From positions 1 through 32,067 of the forward strand of contig JBBIHX010000020.1 of assembly GCA_037446815.1 (NCBI GenBank): a DNA stretch of 32,067 nucleotides, written 5' to 3'. Shown here piece by piece: positions 19,996 through 28,896 of the stretch (position 1 is the stretch's first letter; each line of letters starts with the position of its first letter). The translations under genes and the position numbers were made by a program. This DNA is from Caldilineae bacterium. GTDB lineage: Bacteria; Chloroflexota; Anaerolineae; DTLA01. Under the pieces are notes generated by a model that did not search any database, was not told the DNA's origin, and worked only from the letters and a program-made list of their open reading frames with translations.

Positions 19996-21381
19996 TTGAA
20001 CGATTCGCTGGAATGCAAAATCGCAAGCCGTGAGGCGCGGGTCTGCGTCATCGGTCTGGGGTACGTGGGCCTGCCCCTGGCGGTGGAACTGGCCCGCGTG
20101 GGGTACGCCGTGACGGGCCTGGACACCAACGCCGAGCGCGTGGGGGCGCTTTCGCGGGGCGAGAGTTACATCGGCGACGTGGCCGATGAGGCCTTGCGCG
20201 CCGTGGTGCAGGGCGGCCATCTGCGCGCCACCGCGGACTACGCCGCGCTGGATGAGGCCGATGTCATCTTCATCTGCGTGCCCACGCCGTTCACGGCCAC
20301 GCGCGCACCCGACCTGTCCTTTGTCCTGGGCGCGGCGCGGGGGATTGCGGCCCACCTGCGCGCGGGCCAGTTGGTCGTCCTGCAGAGCACCACGTACCCG
20401 GGGACGACGGAAGATGAGGTCTTGCCCATTTTGGAGTCGTCGGGGCTGAAGGCGGGCGTGGACTTTCACCTGGCGTTCTCGCCGGAGCGCATCAACCCGG
20501 GCGACCGTCAGCACACCGTGCGCAACACGCCCAAGGTGGTGGGCGGGCTGACCCGGCGGTGCGCGGAGTTGGCGGCGCTTCTGCTGGCCCAACTGCACCC
20601 CTCGGTGCACATCGTCTCCTCGCCTCGCGCCGCCGAGATGACGAAACTCCTGGAGAACATCTACCGCAGCGTGAACATCGCCCTGGTGAACGAGATGGCC
20701 CTGCTGTGCGAGCGGATGGGGATAGATGTGTGGGAGGTGATAGAGGCGGCGTCCACCAAGCCCTTTGGGTTCATGCCGTTCTACCCCGGGCCTGGTGTGG
20801 GCGGGCACTGCATCCCTGTAGACCCCTACTACCTTCTGTGGAAGGCACGGGAGTACGACTTCCACACCAAGTTCATAGAACTGGCGGCGGAGGTCAACCA
20901 GGAGATGCCCCACCACGTGGCGGCCCGCATCGGGGAGGCGCTGAACGCCCGGGGCAAGACGATTCGCGGCGCGCGGATTCTCCTGCTCGGTGTCGCGTTC
21001 AAGAAGGACGTGGACGACGCGCGCAATTCCCCCGCCGAGCGCATCGCCGAGCTCCTCTTGGCGCGGGGCGCGGACTTGCAGTACAATGATCCGCACATTC
21101 CGCGTTTCTCGGTGGGCGGGGACGTGTTCTATCCTGCGAAGGTGGTGCTGGAGTCGGCGCCGCTCACGGCGGAAACGTTGCGAGAAGCCGATTGCGTTGT
21201 GATCCTGGCGGCCCATAGCGCCTATGACTTCGCGCGGATTGTCGCGGAGGCGTCCCTGGTCGTGGACGCCGTCAACGCGACGCAGGGGAGCGCGGAGGGC
21301 AAGGTCTGGCGCATTGGGGCGCCGCGTGTCGGGAGGGCAGATGGCGAAGAAGGCAGGCAAGGCGCGCGGGGGCAAGGCTAA
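19996..21381 (+). CDS. NDP-sugar 6-dehydrogenase (UDP-N-acetylhexosamine dehydrogenase, WbpA/WecC-like)
   Basis: [61 protein letters not shown]. Confidence 0.93.
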   Translation: MNDSLECKIASREARVCVIGLGYVGLPLAVELARVGYAVTGLDTNAERVGALSRGESYIGDVADEALRAVVQGGHLRATADYAALDEADVIFICVPTPFTATRAPDLSFVLGAARGIAAHLRAGQLVVLQSTTYPGTTEDEVLPILESSGLKAGVDFHLAFSPERINPGDRQHTVRNTPKVVGGLTRRCAELAALLLAQLHPSVHIVSSPRAAEMTKLLENIYRSVNIALVNEMALLCERMGIDVWEVIEAASTKPFGFMPFYPGPGVGGHCIPVDPYYLLWKAREYDFHTKFIELAAEVNQEMPHHVAARIGEALNARGKTIRGARILLLGVAFKKDVDDARNSPAERIAELLLARGADLQYNDPHIPRFSVGGDVFYPAKVVLESAPLTAETLREADCVVILAAHSAYDFARIVAEASLVVDAVNATQGSAEGKVWRIGAPRVGRADGEEGRQGARGQG

Positions 21382-22078
21382 TCGCCCGGCAGGCGCCCGC
21401 CGCTCCGCGGCGAAGAAGCCATCGGTCAAAGCGTCGTTCTGGACGCGCGTGGGCGAATGGGCCCGTAGACATCGCGCGGCCGTGGGCGGGGTCGGCATCC
21501 TGCTGGCGGTCGTGCTTATCGCCGTAACCTGGGCGGCGATGGAAAGGACAAAAACAAACATGGCGCAGCCAAAGCAATGGAGTTCACCTCCTCCGATGGT
21601 CATTGACCCCACGAAGCAGTACTTTGCCACCCTCAAGACCGAAAAGGGCGACATCCGCATCCAGTTGTTCGCCGACAAGGCCCCGATGACGGTGAACAAC
21701 TTCGTTTTCCTGGCGCGGGAACATTTCTACGACAACACCACGTTCCATCGCGTCATCCCCGGCTTCATGGCCCAAGGGGGCGATCCCACCGGCACCGGCT
21801 CGGGCGGCCCGGGCTATCGCTTCGCCGACGAGTTCCACCCCGACCTGAAGCACGATTCGGAGGGCATCCTCTCCATGGCCAACGCCGGGCCGAACACCAA
21901 CGGCAGCCAGTTCTTCATCACCTACGCGCCCCAGCCCCACCTGGACGGGCATCACGCCGTGTTCGGCAAGGTGGTGTCGGGCATGGATGTGCTCAAGGCG
22001 CTGACGCCGCGAGACCCGCGCACCAGCCCGACGTTCGGCGGCGACCGGTTGCTCACGGTGGTGATTGAGGAGAAGTAG
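21341..22078 (+). CDS. Cyclophilin-type peptidyl-prolyl isomerase with N-terminal basic region and TM anchor
   Basis: [47 protein letters not shown]; hydrophobic [28 protein letters not shown]. Confidence 0.93.
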   Translation: MAKKAGKARGGKANRPAGARRSAAKKPSVKASFWTRVGEWARRHRAAVGGVGILLAVVLIAVTWAAMERTKTNMAQPKQWSSPPPMVIDPTKQYFATLKTEKGDIRIQLFADKAPMTVNNFVFLAREHFYDNTTFHRVIPGFMAQGGDPTGTGSGGPGYRFADEFHPDLKHDSEGILSMANAGPNTNGSQFFITYAPQPHLDGHHAVFGKVVSGMDVLKALTPRDPRTSPTFGGDRLLTVVIEEK

Positions 22079-22081
22079 CGG

Positions 22082-22666
22082 ATGGCTGAAGCCCAGGCCG
22101 AGGTCCAGGCGCGGGAGCGAGCCCAGCGCGCCCGCATGACGGCGCTCCGCATCGTCGTGTTGCTCATCGTGCTGGCGGTTACCGGCCTTATCGTGTACTT
22201 CCGCGACCGACTGCAACAGTTCGCGGCATACGGCTACCCGGGCGTGTTCCTGGTGAGCCTGGCGGGCAACGCGACGGTGGTTCTGCCCGCGCCGAGTCTG
22301 GCTGTGGTGTTCGCCATGGGCGCGGTGTTGAAGCCGGTGCTGGTGGGGCTTGCGGCAGGCGTCGGCGAGGCGCTGGGCGAGTTGACGGGCTACCTGGCCG
22401 GGTTCAGCGGGCGCGCGCTGGTGGAGAACCGAGCCCGATACGAGCAGATTACAGCGTGGATGCGGCGAAACGGCGCGCTGACGGTGTTCGTACTCTCTTT
22501 CATCCCCAATCCGTTCTTTGACATCGCAGGCATGGCTGCCGGCGCGCTCAAGTATCCGGTGTGGAAGTTTCTCCTGTGTTGCTGGGCCGGCAAGACGATG
22601 AAGACGACGCTCATCGCATTGGCCGGCGCGCAGTCGGTTACGTTCATAGAGCGATTCCTCCACTAG
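22082..22666 (+). CDS. DedA/VTT (SNARE-associated) membrane protein
   Basis: NATVVLPAP, GEALGELTGYLAG, FIPNPFFDIAGMAAG. Confidence 0.85.
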   Translation: MAEAQAEVQARERAQRARMTALRIVVLLIVLAVTGLIVYFRDRLQQFAAYGYPGVFLVSLAGNATVVLPAPSLAVVFAMGAVLKPVLVGLAAGVGEALGELTGYLAGFSGRALVENRARYEQITAWMRRNGALTVFVLSFIPNPFFDIAGMAAGALKYPVWKFLLCCWAGKTMKTTLIALAGAQSVTFIERFLH

Positions 22667-22715
22667 AGGCCGGCACCGCCTCTTGTGGGAAAAAACAACA
22701 GCAAGGAGGCGACCT

Positions 22716-23813
22716 ATGAAGGAACTGACCATCAGCGTCATCAAGGCGGACATCGGCGGGTACGTGGGGCATTCCGCCAGCCACCCCGCCCTCATCCAGC
22801 GGGCGCAGGAGGCCCTGCAAGCGGCCAAGCAGAAGGGCACGCTCGTGGACTTCCACGTGTCCTACTGCGGCGACGACCTCAATCTCATCATGACCCACCG
22901 CCTCGGCAACGACAACGCCGAAATCCACCAGTTGGCGTGGGACACCTTTGAGGCGTGCACCGAGGTGGCGCGCTCGCTGCACCTGTACGGTGCGGGCCAA
23001 GACCTGCTTTCGGATGCTTTCTCCGGCAACGTGCGCGGGATGGGGCCCGGCGTCGCCGAGATGACCTTCGTGGAGCGGCCATCGGAGCCGGTGGTTATCT
23101 TCATGGCCGACAAGACCGCCGCGGGGGCCTGGAACATGCCGCTGTACCGCATGTTTGTGGATCCCTTCAACACCGCCGGGCTGGTCATCTCCCCCTCGCT
23201 GCACGACGGGTTCAGCATAGAGGTCTACGACGTGAAGAGCGCCAAGGCCATCGTGTTCAACTGCCCCGCCGAGATCTACGACCTGCTGGCCCTCATCGGC
23301 GCAACGGCTCGGTATGTGGTGAAGGCGGTGTACACCAAGGCGGGCGAGATCGCCGCGGTCTCATCCACCGAGCGGCTGAGCCTCATCGCGGGCAAGTACG
23401 TAGGCAAGGACGACCCCGTGTGCATCGTGCGGAGCCAGAATCAGTTCCCGGCCATCGGCGAAATTCTGGAGCCGTTCACCATGCCGCATGTGGTGGAAGG
23501 GTGCATGCGCGGCAGTTTCTTCGCGCCGCTGATGCCGGTGCCGCTGCGCTTCGCCCAGACCAGTCGCTTTGACGGGCCGCCGCGCGTGGTGGCCCTGGGC
23601 TTCCAAATCGCCGATGGGCACCTGGTAGGCCCGCGCGACCTCTTTGACGACCCGGGCTTTGACCAGGCGCGCCAGCAGTGCAATGCGCTCATGGATCACC
23701 TGCGGCGGCATGGCCCCTTTGAGCCGCACCGCCTGCCCATGGACGAGATGGAATACACGACCCTGCCCCAGGTGCTGGACAAACTGAAGGGCCGGTGGGT
23801 GGAGATGAAGTAG
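22716..23813 (+). CDS. fbp: Bifunctional fructose-1,6-bisphosphate aldolase/phosphatase (class V FBPase)
   Basis: IKADIGG, GDDL, LYGAGQDLL, ADKT, DPFNTAGL, YVGKDDP (Schiff-base Lys region), MRGS, EMEYTT; AAGGAGG SD. Confidence 0.95.
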   Translation: MKELTISVIKADIGGYVGHSASHPALIQRAQEALQAAKQKGTLVDFHVSYCGDDLNLIMTHRLGNDNAEIHQLAWDTFEACTEVARSLHLYGAGQDLLSDAFSGNVRGMGPGVAEMTFVERPSEPVVIFMADKTAAGAWNMPLYRMFVDPFNTAGLVISPSLHDGFSIEVYDVKSAKAIVFNCPAEIYDLLALIGATARYVVKAVYTKAGEIAAVSSTERLSLIAGKYVGKDDPVCIVRSQNQFPAIGEILEPFTMPHVVEGCMRGSFFAPLMPVPLRFAQTSRFDGPPRVVALGFQIADGHLVGPRDLFDDPGFDQARQQCNALMDHLRRHGPFEPHRLPMDEMEYTTLPQVLDKLKGRWVEMK

Positions 23814-23869
23814 GGGCAACGCAGGCGGCGGGCGACGCAGGCGGCGGGCGACGCAGGCGTCGCCCCTAC
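23810..23869. repeat. GTAG-type REP with internal 16-bp triplication, between convergent genes
   Basis: GTAGGGGC..GCCCCTAC ends; GGCRACGCAGGCGKCG at 23815, 23831, 23847. Confidence 0.8.
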
Positions 23870-24982
23870 TCACAGCACCATCAATTCGCGCGGGAATGAG
23901 GTCAGCGACTCCGCGCCGTCGGCGGTGATGACCACGTCATCTTCAATGCGCACGCCGCCGCGCCCCGGGATGTACACGCCCGGCTCCACCGTGAACGTCA
24001 TGCCCGGCTCCAGGACGAGCGCGTTGCCTTCCACCATGTAGGGCGGCTCGTGCAGTTCCAGCCCGATGCCGTGGCCGGTGCGGTGGGTGAAGAAGTCGCC
24101 GTAGCCCGCGTCGCGAATCACGGCGCGCGCGGCCCTGTCCACATCCTGCGCGGCGACGCCCGGCTTGCACGCCTCCCGCCCCGCGCGGTTGGCCTCCAAC
24201 ACGACCTCGTACACACACCGGAGGTCCGCCTCCACGCTGCCCACCGCGAACGTGCGGGTGATGTCCGACAGGTAGCCGTTGTAGTAGAGGCCGCAGTCAA
24301 CGGTGAGCAAGTCGCCCGCCTGAAGCGCGCGCTGCGACGGCGTGCCGTGGGGCAAGGCCGTGTTGGGCCCCGCGACCAGGATGGGCGAGAAGGGGATGTC
24401 GCCATCGCCGGCATCCAACAGCATCGCGCGCAGCCGCGACGCCAGTTCCCGCTCGGTGCGGCCGGGGCGTATCTCGGGCAGGAAGTCGCGGAGCACCTGC
24501 TCGGTGCGGGCGATGGCGTCGTGCATGGCGGCCAGTTCCGCGGCGTCCTTCCGGAGGCGCGCGTCCACGAAGATGTCATCGGCGGCGACGGCTTCCACGC
24601 CGGCCTCGCGCAGGCGCTGGAACTCCATCAGGCGCATGTGGAGCGATTCCGCGCCGACGCGCTGCCCGGCCAGGCCCAGATGTCGGCACGCCCGGCCCAG
24701 CGCGCCTTGCGGGCCTTCCTCGTCGGTGTAGGCGAACACGTCGCCGCCCACTGCGGACGCGCCCGCGACCCGCTCGGCTTCAAACGCGGGCACGACGAAC
24801 GCGGGCGGCCTGTCCGGCGCGAGAAGCGTCAGCATCAGGCGCTCGCTAGCGTGCAGGGCGAGGCCGGCCAGGTAGCGCAGATTGGGCCCGGGGACCAGCG
24901 CCAGACCCGCCAGCCCTCGCGCATGGGCCTCGCGGGTGGCGCGGCGGAGTCGCTCAGGAGACATGCTCGGATTGTTCTGCAT
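23870..24982 (-). CDS. Xaa-Pro peptidase (M24B, prolidase-like)
   Basis: [44 protein letters not shown]; alternative start 24964. Confidence 0.94.
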   Translation of the reverse strand: MQNNPSMSPERLRRATREAHARGLAGLALVPGPNLRYLAGLALHASERLMLTLLAPDRPPAFVVPAFEAERVAGASAVGGDVFAYTDEEGPQGALGRACRHLGLAGQRVGAESLHMRLMEFQRLREAGVEAVAADDIFVDARLRKDAAELAAMHDAIARTEQVLRDFLPEIRPGRTERELASRLRAMLLDAGDGDIPFSPILVAGPNTALPHGTPSQRALQAGDLLTVDCGLYYNGYLSDITRTFAVGSVEADLRCVYEVVLEANRAGREACKPGVAAQDVDRAARAVIRDAGYGDFFTHRTGHGIGLELHEPPYMVEGNALVLEPGMTFTVEPGVYIPGRGGVRIEDDVVITADGAESLTSFPRELMVL

Positions 24983-25565
24983 AGGTTCGCCTCCAGAGAA
25001 TCTCAGAGAAGAATGAGCGTTGCAACAGTTTGTGCATGTTCGGGTCGGCCACGTTCAGGGCGCGCGGCTCGGTGATGTACAGCGCCAGCGACTGCGCGAA
25101 GTAGTCGGCGGGACTCCTGCGGCAGATGGGGTCCGGGTTGTGGCCCAACGGGAACAAGCGCACGATTTGCGCGCCGATCTCGGTCCACGCGGGGGTGATG
25201 CCCACACCGTCGGACAGGCGCGGCCCGCCCGCAGCCCCCATGCTCCCCAGCAGGTGATCGTACAGGCCGGCAATGGCGCGCAGCGCCGCGGCCTCGTCGT
25301 CCAGCAGCGCCCGCGCGGACACGAACACCCCGTTCGTCGCCTTGATCTTGCCCACAGCAACCGGCCCCGGCACGTATCCGGTCTCGTCCGGGCTGATGAT
25401 GAAGGCGCCCGTTGGGGCATCCAGCAGGAACCGCAGGGCGCCGGCGGGCATCTTCGCCAGCAGGCCCGCGACGCGATCCACGGGTTCCCACTGGCTTGAG
25501 AATCTCGCGGACACATCGGTGGGTAGGAGGGACCAGAGGCGCGGGTACACGTGCACCTTGCGCAC
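24954..25565 (-). CDS. Hypothetical protein, possibly a degenerate zincin-like (MtfA/ATLF-like) fold
   Basis: GTG start with AAGGA SD; LRAIAGLYDHLLG followed by PADYFAQSLALYITEP resembles the zincin layout without HExxH. Confidence 0.55.
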   Translation of the reverse strand: MRKVHVYPRLWSLLPTDVSARFSSQWEPVDRVAGLLAKMPAGALRFLLDAPTGAFIISPDETGYVPGPVAVGKIKATNGVFVSARALLDDEAAALRAIAGLYDHLLGSMGAAGGPRLSDGVGITPAWTEIGAQIVRLFPLGHNPDPICRRSPADYFAQSLALYITEPRALNVADPNMHKLLQRSFFSEILWRRTYAEQSEHVS

Positions 25566-25621
25566 CTTGATTTCCTTTGTCAGGCGCGTCCTGTCCAAAT
25601 CCCGGCGCATCCGCGGCCTCC

Positions 25622-25670
25622 TTGCCAGCAGCCCGCGATTATGGTAGCATAAGGTGAACCATTGTGGCAA
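25622..25670. promoter_or_regulatory. Overlapping bidirectional promoters
   Basis: Plus: TTGCCA-17-TAGCAT with TG extension; minus: TTGCCA-18-TACCAT with TG extension. Confidence 0.5.
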
Positions 25671-25685
25671 ACGAGGAGGTGCATC

Positions 25686-25916
25686 ATGAGGCGAACGATT
25701 CTGTTTCTCGGTGGCATCATCTGCGGCGCGCTGGTGGGCGCGGCGGCGGGCGTGTTGCTGGCGCCGCAGTCCGGCGCCGAAACGCAGGAGTACCTGCGCA
25801 AGCGGCTGGATGAGATCAAGGCCGAGGCGATGGAGGCCTACGAGGCCCGCCGCAAGGAACTGATGGAGGAGTTTGAGCGGGCCAAGAAGGGCGTCCGCCC
25901 ACCGGCCGCGGAGTAG
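25686..25916 (+). CDS. YtxH-domain small membrane protein
   Basis: FLGGIICGALVGAAAGVLLAPQSGAETQ; GAGGAGGT SD. Confidence 0.9.
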   Translation: MRRTILFLGGIICGALVGAAAGVLLAPQSGAETQEYLRKRLDEIKAEAMEAYEARRKELMEEFERAKKGVRPPAAE

Positions 25917-26016
25917 CGAGCCGATTGCTGTCCCCAGGCGCGCGCGAAGCACGAGGAGTCGGTAGGGTCATCGGCCCCCGTGCTTCGTGTGTTCGGGGCT
26001 GGCGCGCCGGAGAGGG

Positions 26017-26164
26017 AGTCGGTTTCATCTTGTGTTGGTGAACCGTAGGCGCACTCTCATCGTGTGTCATTGCGAGCGAAGCGAAGCAATCCCACACCCC
26101 GGAGATTGCTTCGGGCGCTCCGCGCCCTCGCAATGACAGCCGCCAAGAGACTTCGGAACCGAAT
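26017..26164 (-). mobile_element. 148-bp MITE-like element, copy 2, with 10-bp flanking direct repeat
   Basis: CCGGAGAGGG at 26007-26016 and 26165-26174. Confidence 0.85.
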
Positions 26165-26176
26165 CCGGAGAGGGCG

Positions 26177-26389
26177 CTAGTTGTCCGGCATGAAGTGCTT
26201 GTCGTACTCGTCCTGGAGCATGGTCCAGTGCTTCTTCTCTTCGCCGGCCAGGTAGGTGAACAGGCTCTTCAGCGCCGGGTCGTCCACCACCTCCAGCGCC
26301 TGGGTGTAGAAGTCAAAGGCGGCCTTCTCGCGGCGGATGGCCATTTGCCAGGCTTCGGTCAGCTTGGTATCGCGGGTGATCTTCGGCAT
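26177..26389 (-). CDS. Small ferritin-like/rubrerythrin half-domain protein
   Basis: AIRREKAAFDFY..LKSLFTYLAGEEKKH; GGAGG SD. Confidence 0.85.
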   Translation of the reverse strand: MPKITRDTKLTEAWQMAIRREKAAFDFYTQALEVVDDPALKSLFTYLAGEEKKHWTMLQDEYDKHFMPDN

Positions 26390-26398
26390 GTTGGCCTC

Positions 26399-26593
26399 CT
26401 ACTTCTTCAGCATCTGCTCTAGTTTCCGGTACTGATCCGCCAAGAAGTCGGCGTGCACCTCTTCTTCGTCGCGGAGTTTCAGGAGTAGCGCCTTCAGTTC
26501 GGGGTCCTCGGCGACGCTGGCGGCCAGGTTGTACTTCTCCCAGGCGGCTTTTTCGTCCATCTCCATGATCTTGAGGAATTGCAGCCAGTTCAT
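26399..26593 (-). CDS. Small ferritin-like/rubrerythrin half-domain protein
   Basis: MDEKAAWEKY..LKALLLKLRDEEEVH; AAGGAG SD. Confidence 0.8.
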   Translation of the reverse strand: MNWLQFLKIMEMDEKAAWEKYNLAASVAEDPELKALLLKLRDEEEVHADFLADQYRKLEQMLKK

Positions 26594-26626
26594 TCGTTCG
26601 TCTCCTTTTCTGTGATAGGATGAGGG

Positions 26627-27475
26627 TCAAGCGTTGTCCGCTATTTGGATGCCGAGCAATCGCGCCGCGTTTCGGTACAGGATCTTGGCTTTGGCCTCAT
26701 CCGAAAGCGGCAGCGCTCGGATATCCTCTATGTTCCGCTTCAGGCTGGGCAGGCCGGGCCAGTCGGAGCCGAAGAGCACCTTGTCGGCAAGGCGCTCCAG
26801 TTCGGGGAAATAGGTCATCAGTTTCTGCGGCGGCAGTCCGGCCAGTTCCATGTACATGTTCGGGTGCAGCCGGGCCAGAAACGCCGCCTGGTCGTACCAG
26901 AACCCGCGGCCGCTGTGCACGAGGATAATGGTGAGGCCGGGGAAGTCCACAGCGACCTCGTCCAGGAGCATCGGCTCGCCGAACTTGATTTTGGCCCCCT
27001 TGAACACCGACGAGCCGGTGTGGAACATCACGGGAATCTGCCGCTCCTCGGCCAGGGCATACAGGGGGTACAAGGATGGGTCGTTGGGGTAGAAGTGGGC
27101 ATACGTGGGCGCCATCTTCAGCCCGCGCATCCCCAGGTCGTCCAGGCAGCGGCGCAACTCCTCGCGCGGGCTATGCACCAGGTGCGGGTTGACGCTGGCG
27201 AAGGGGATGAGGCGCTCATGCCCGCGACAGAAGTCGGCGACGAACTCGTTGGTAACCACGCCCACCGTCTTGGGGTGCATGTCGGGCAGGATGACGGCGT
27301 GGGAGATTCCGCACTCGTCCATCAGCGCCAGCAGGGCGTCGGGCCGCATCAGGTTGCGGAACTCCTCCAGGGATGCGCCCTTGACAAGCGATTGCATCCA
27401 CTCCACAACCCACGGGTGGTAGTTCTCGGGCTGCGCCACGTGGACGTGAAAGTCTATGACCGGCGTCGTTGCCAT
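26627..27475 (-). CDS. Amidohydrolase_2-family metal-dependent hydrolase
   Basis: IDFHVH, RGLK, PVMFHTG, ILVHSG, VLFGSDWP, KILYRNAARLL. Confidence 0.92.
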   Translation of the reverse strand: MATTPVIDFHVHVAQPENYHPWVVEWMQSLVKGASLEEFRNLMRPDALLALMDECGISHAVILPDMHPKTVGVVTNEFVADFCRGHERLIPFASVNPHLVHSPREELRRCLDDLGMRGLKMAPTYAHFYPNDPSLYPLYALAEERQIPVMFHTGSSVFKGAKIKFGEPMLLDEVAVDFPGLTIILVHSGRGFWYDQAAFLARLHPNMYMELAGLPPQKLMTYFPELERLADKVLFGSDWPGLPSLKRNIEDIRALPLSDEAKAKILYRNAARLLGIQIADNA

Positions 27476-27518
27476 TTCTTGCCCCCTTGTGCGAAGCGTG
27501 TGGCCATCGGTCGCTGCA

Positions 27519-27547
27519 AGTATAGCATGTCTCTGCGGATTGAACAA
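27519..27547 (-). promoter_or_regulatory. sigma70-type promoter for the amidohydrolase/half-ferritin operon
   Basis: Minus strand TTGTTC-17 bp-TATACT with TG extension. Confidence 0.6.
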
Positions 27548-27612
27548 TCTGGGATTGTGTCCACGGATGGCGTGGATTGGGTGGATGGGGCAAAGTAGAG
27601 CAAATTGCCAAC

Positions 27613-28801
27613 CTAGCTACCTATCACTTTGCGGAGCGACACAGGAAACAGGTTGTCTGCAACTCCGAGTAGAATACAGTTTGACAAACCAATTCACTCT
27701 GGAGGTCAACATGCAGAACAACCTGTCGCTGTATAATAAACTGCTGGACCGATTGTGTCAATGGCTGCCCGAAGAACGCATCACCCGCAAGCGCAACTTG
27801 GCCTTCCTGGTGACGGGGCTCTACCTGTCGGGTTCGGTCCATCTGTCCCTGATCGTCCGCAAGTGGCCGCTGAAAAGCACGTTGCCCAGCCTGACGAACC
27901 GCCTGCGTCGTTTCCTGGACAACAATCGGATAGCGCGCACGGAGTGCTTTACGCCCCTGGCGCGCCCGCTGCTTGCCACCTTTGCCCACGGTCCACTGGT
28001 GTTGATCGTCGACACCACGCAGGTGGGACGTCATTTCCGGGCCTTGGTAGTGGGGCTGGCCTACCGCAAACGCTGTCTGCCCTTGGCCTGGAGTGTGCAC
28101 GAAGGTTGCAAAGGCAACGTTTCGGTGAGTGCGGTGATCAAACTTCTGGAGCAGATCGCCACTTGGCTACCGCAAGACGCTCAGGTGATCCTGGTGGGGG
28201 ATGCAGCTTTCCGCCCCAGCGATCTCTTGCTTTGGCTGCACGAGCATGGTTGGGGCTATGTCATCCGCGAGCGCAAAGAAGTCCTAGCGCGCTACCCAGA
28301 CGGGAGGTGGTTCCCGATTAGCGAGATTCAGATACAACCTGGTCAGACCGTGGTGGTGGGCTGGGTGTACATCGCCAGAACCAACCCCTTCGGACCCACT
28401 TGGCTCATCTTGCATTGGAAAGTGGGCGAGGACGAGCCTTGGATTCTGGTCACCGACCAGGCTGACGAACGTCGAAGCCTGCATTTGTATGCCAAGCGGA
28501 TGTGGATAGACGAGATGAACGGGGACTTGAAGGGCCATGGCTTTGACTTGGAATCTACTCATTTGAGAGATGCTGGCCGCATCGAAACCCTGCTGTTGGG
28601 GGTGGCCATCGCCTACGTATGGCTGATCAGCCTGGGGAGTTGGGTGGTCAAACGGGGCTTGCGGCATCGGTTGGATCGCAAGAAGCGGCGGGACAAGAGC
28701 TACTTCCGCCTGGGCTGGGACTGCGCTGAGCGTTGTATGCAGTCGGGAAAGCCAATCCGACTCTGTTTCGTGCCAACCTTATGAAAGTGATAGGTAACTA
28801 G
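27613..28801 (+). mobile_element. IS4-family insertion sequence (1189 bp)
   Basis: 18-bp terminal IR CTAG(C/T)TACCTATCACTTT, 1 mismatch; imperfect 9-bp DR ATTGCCAAC / ATTGGCAAT; lower GC than flanks. Confidence 0.88.
27711..28784 (+). CDS. IS4-family DDE transposase
   Basis: LIVDTT, LVGDAAF, YVIR, EPWILVT, YAKRMWIDEMNGDLK (YREK-like); GGAGG SD. Confidence 0.9.
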   Translation: MQNNLSLYNKLLDRLCQWLPEERITRKRNLAFLVTGLYLSGSVHLSLIVRKWPLKSTLPSLTNRLRRFLDNNRIARTECFTPLARPLLATFAHGPLVLIVDTTQVGRHFRALVVGLAYRKRCLPLAWSVHEGCKGNVSVSAVIKLLEQIATWLPQDAQVILVGDAAFRPSDLLLWLHEHGWGYVIRERKEVLARYPDGRWFPISEIQIQPGQTVVVGWVYIARTNPFGPTWLILHWKVGEDEPWILVTDQADERRSLHLYAKRMWIDEMNGDLKGHGFDLESTHLRDAGRIETLLLGVAIAYVWLISLGSWVVKRGLRHRLDRKKRRDKSYFRLGWDCAERCMQSGKPIRLCFVPTL

Positions 28802-28896
28802 ATTGGCAATTTGCCCTACTCTGGCCCATCCGTGTTATCCGTGGATCCTGTCCTGCGGGGGACGACCGATCGGTCGCCACTACGTCCGCTGAACGG

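Noticed and set aside
25816..26133. Short ORFs with DCFASLAMT / HSERR / PHPSPLP peptides (also 14057-14452 and 31270-31823)
   Set aside because: Translations of the palindromic repeats, not genes
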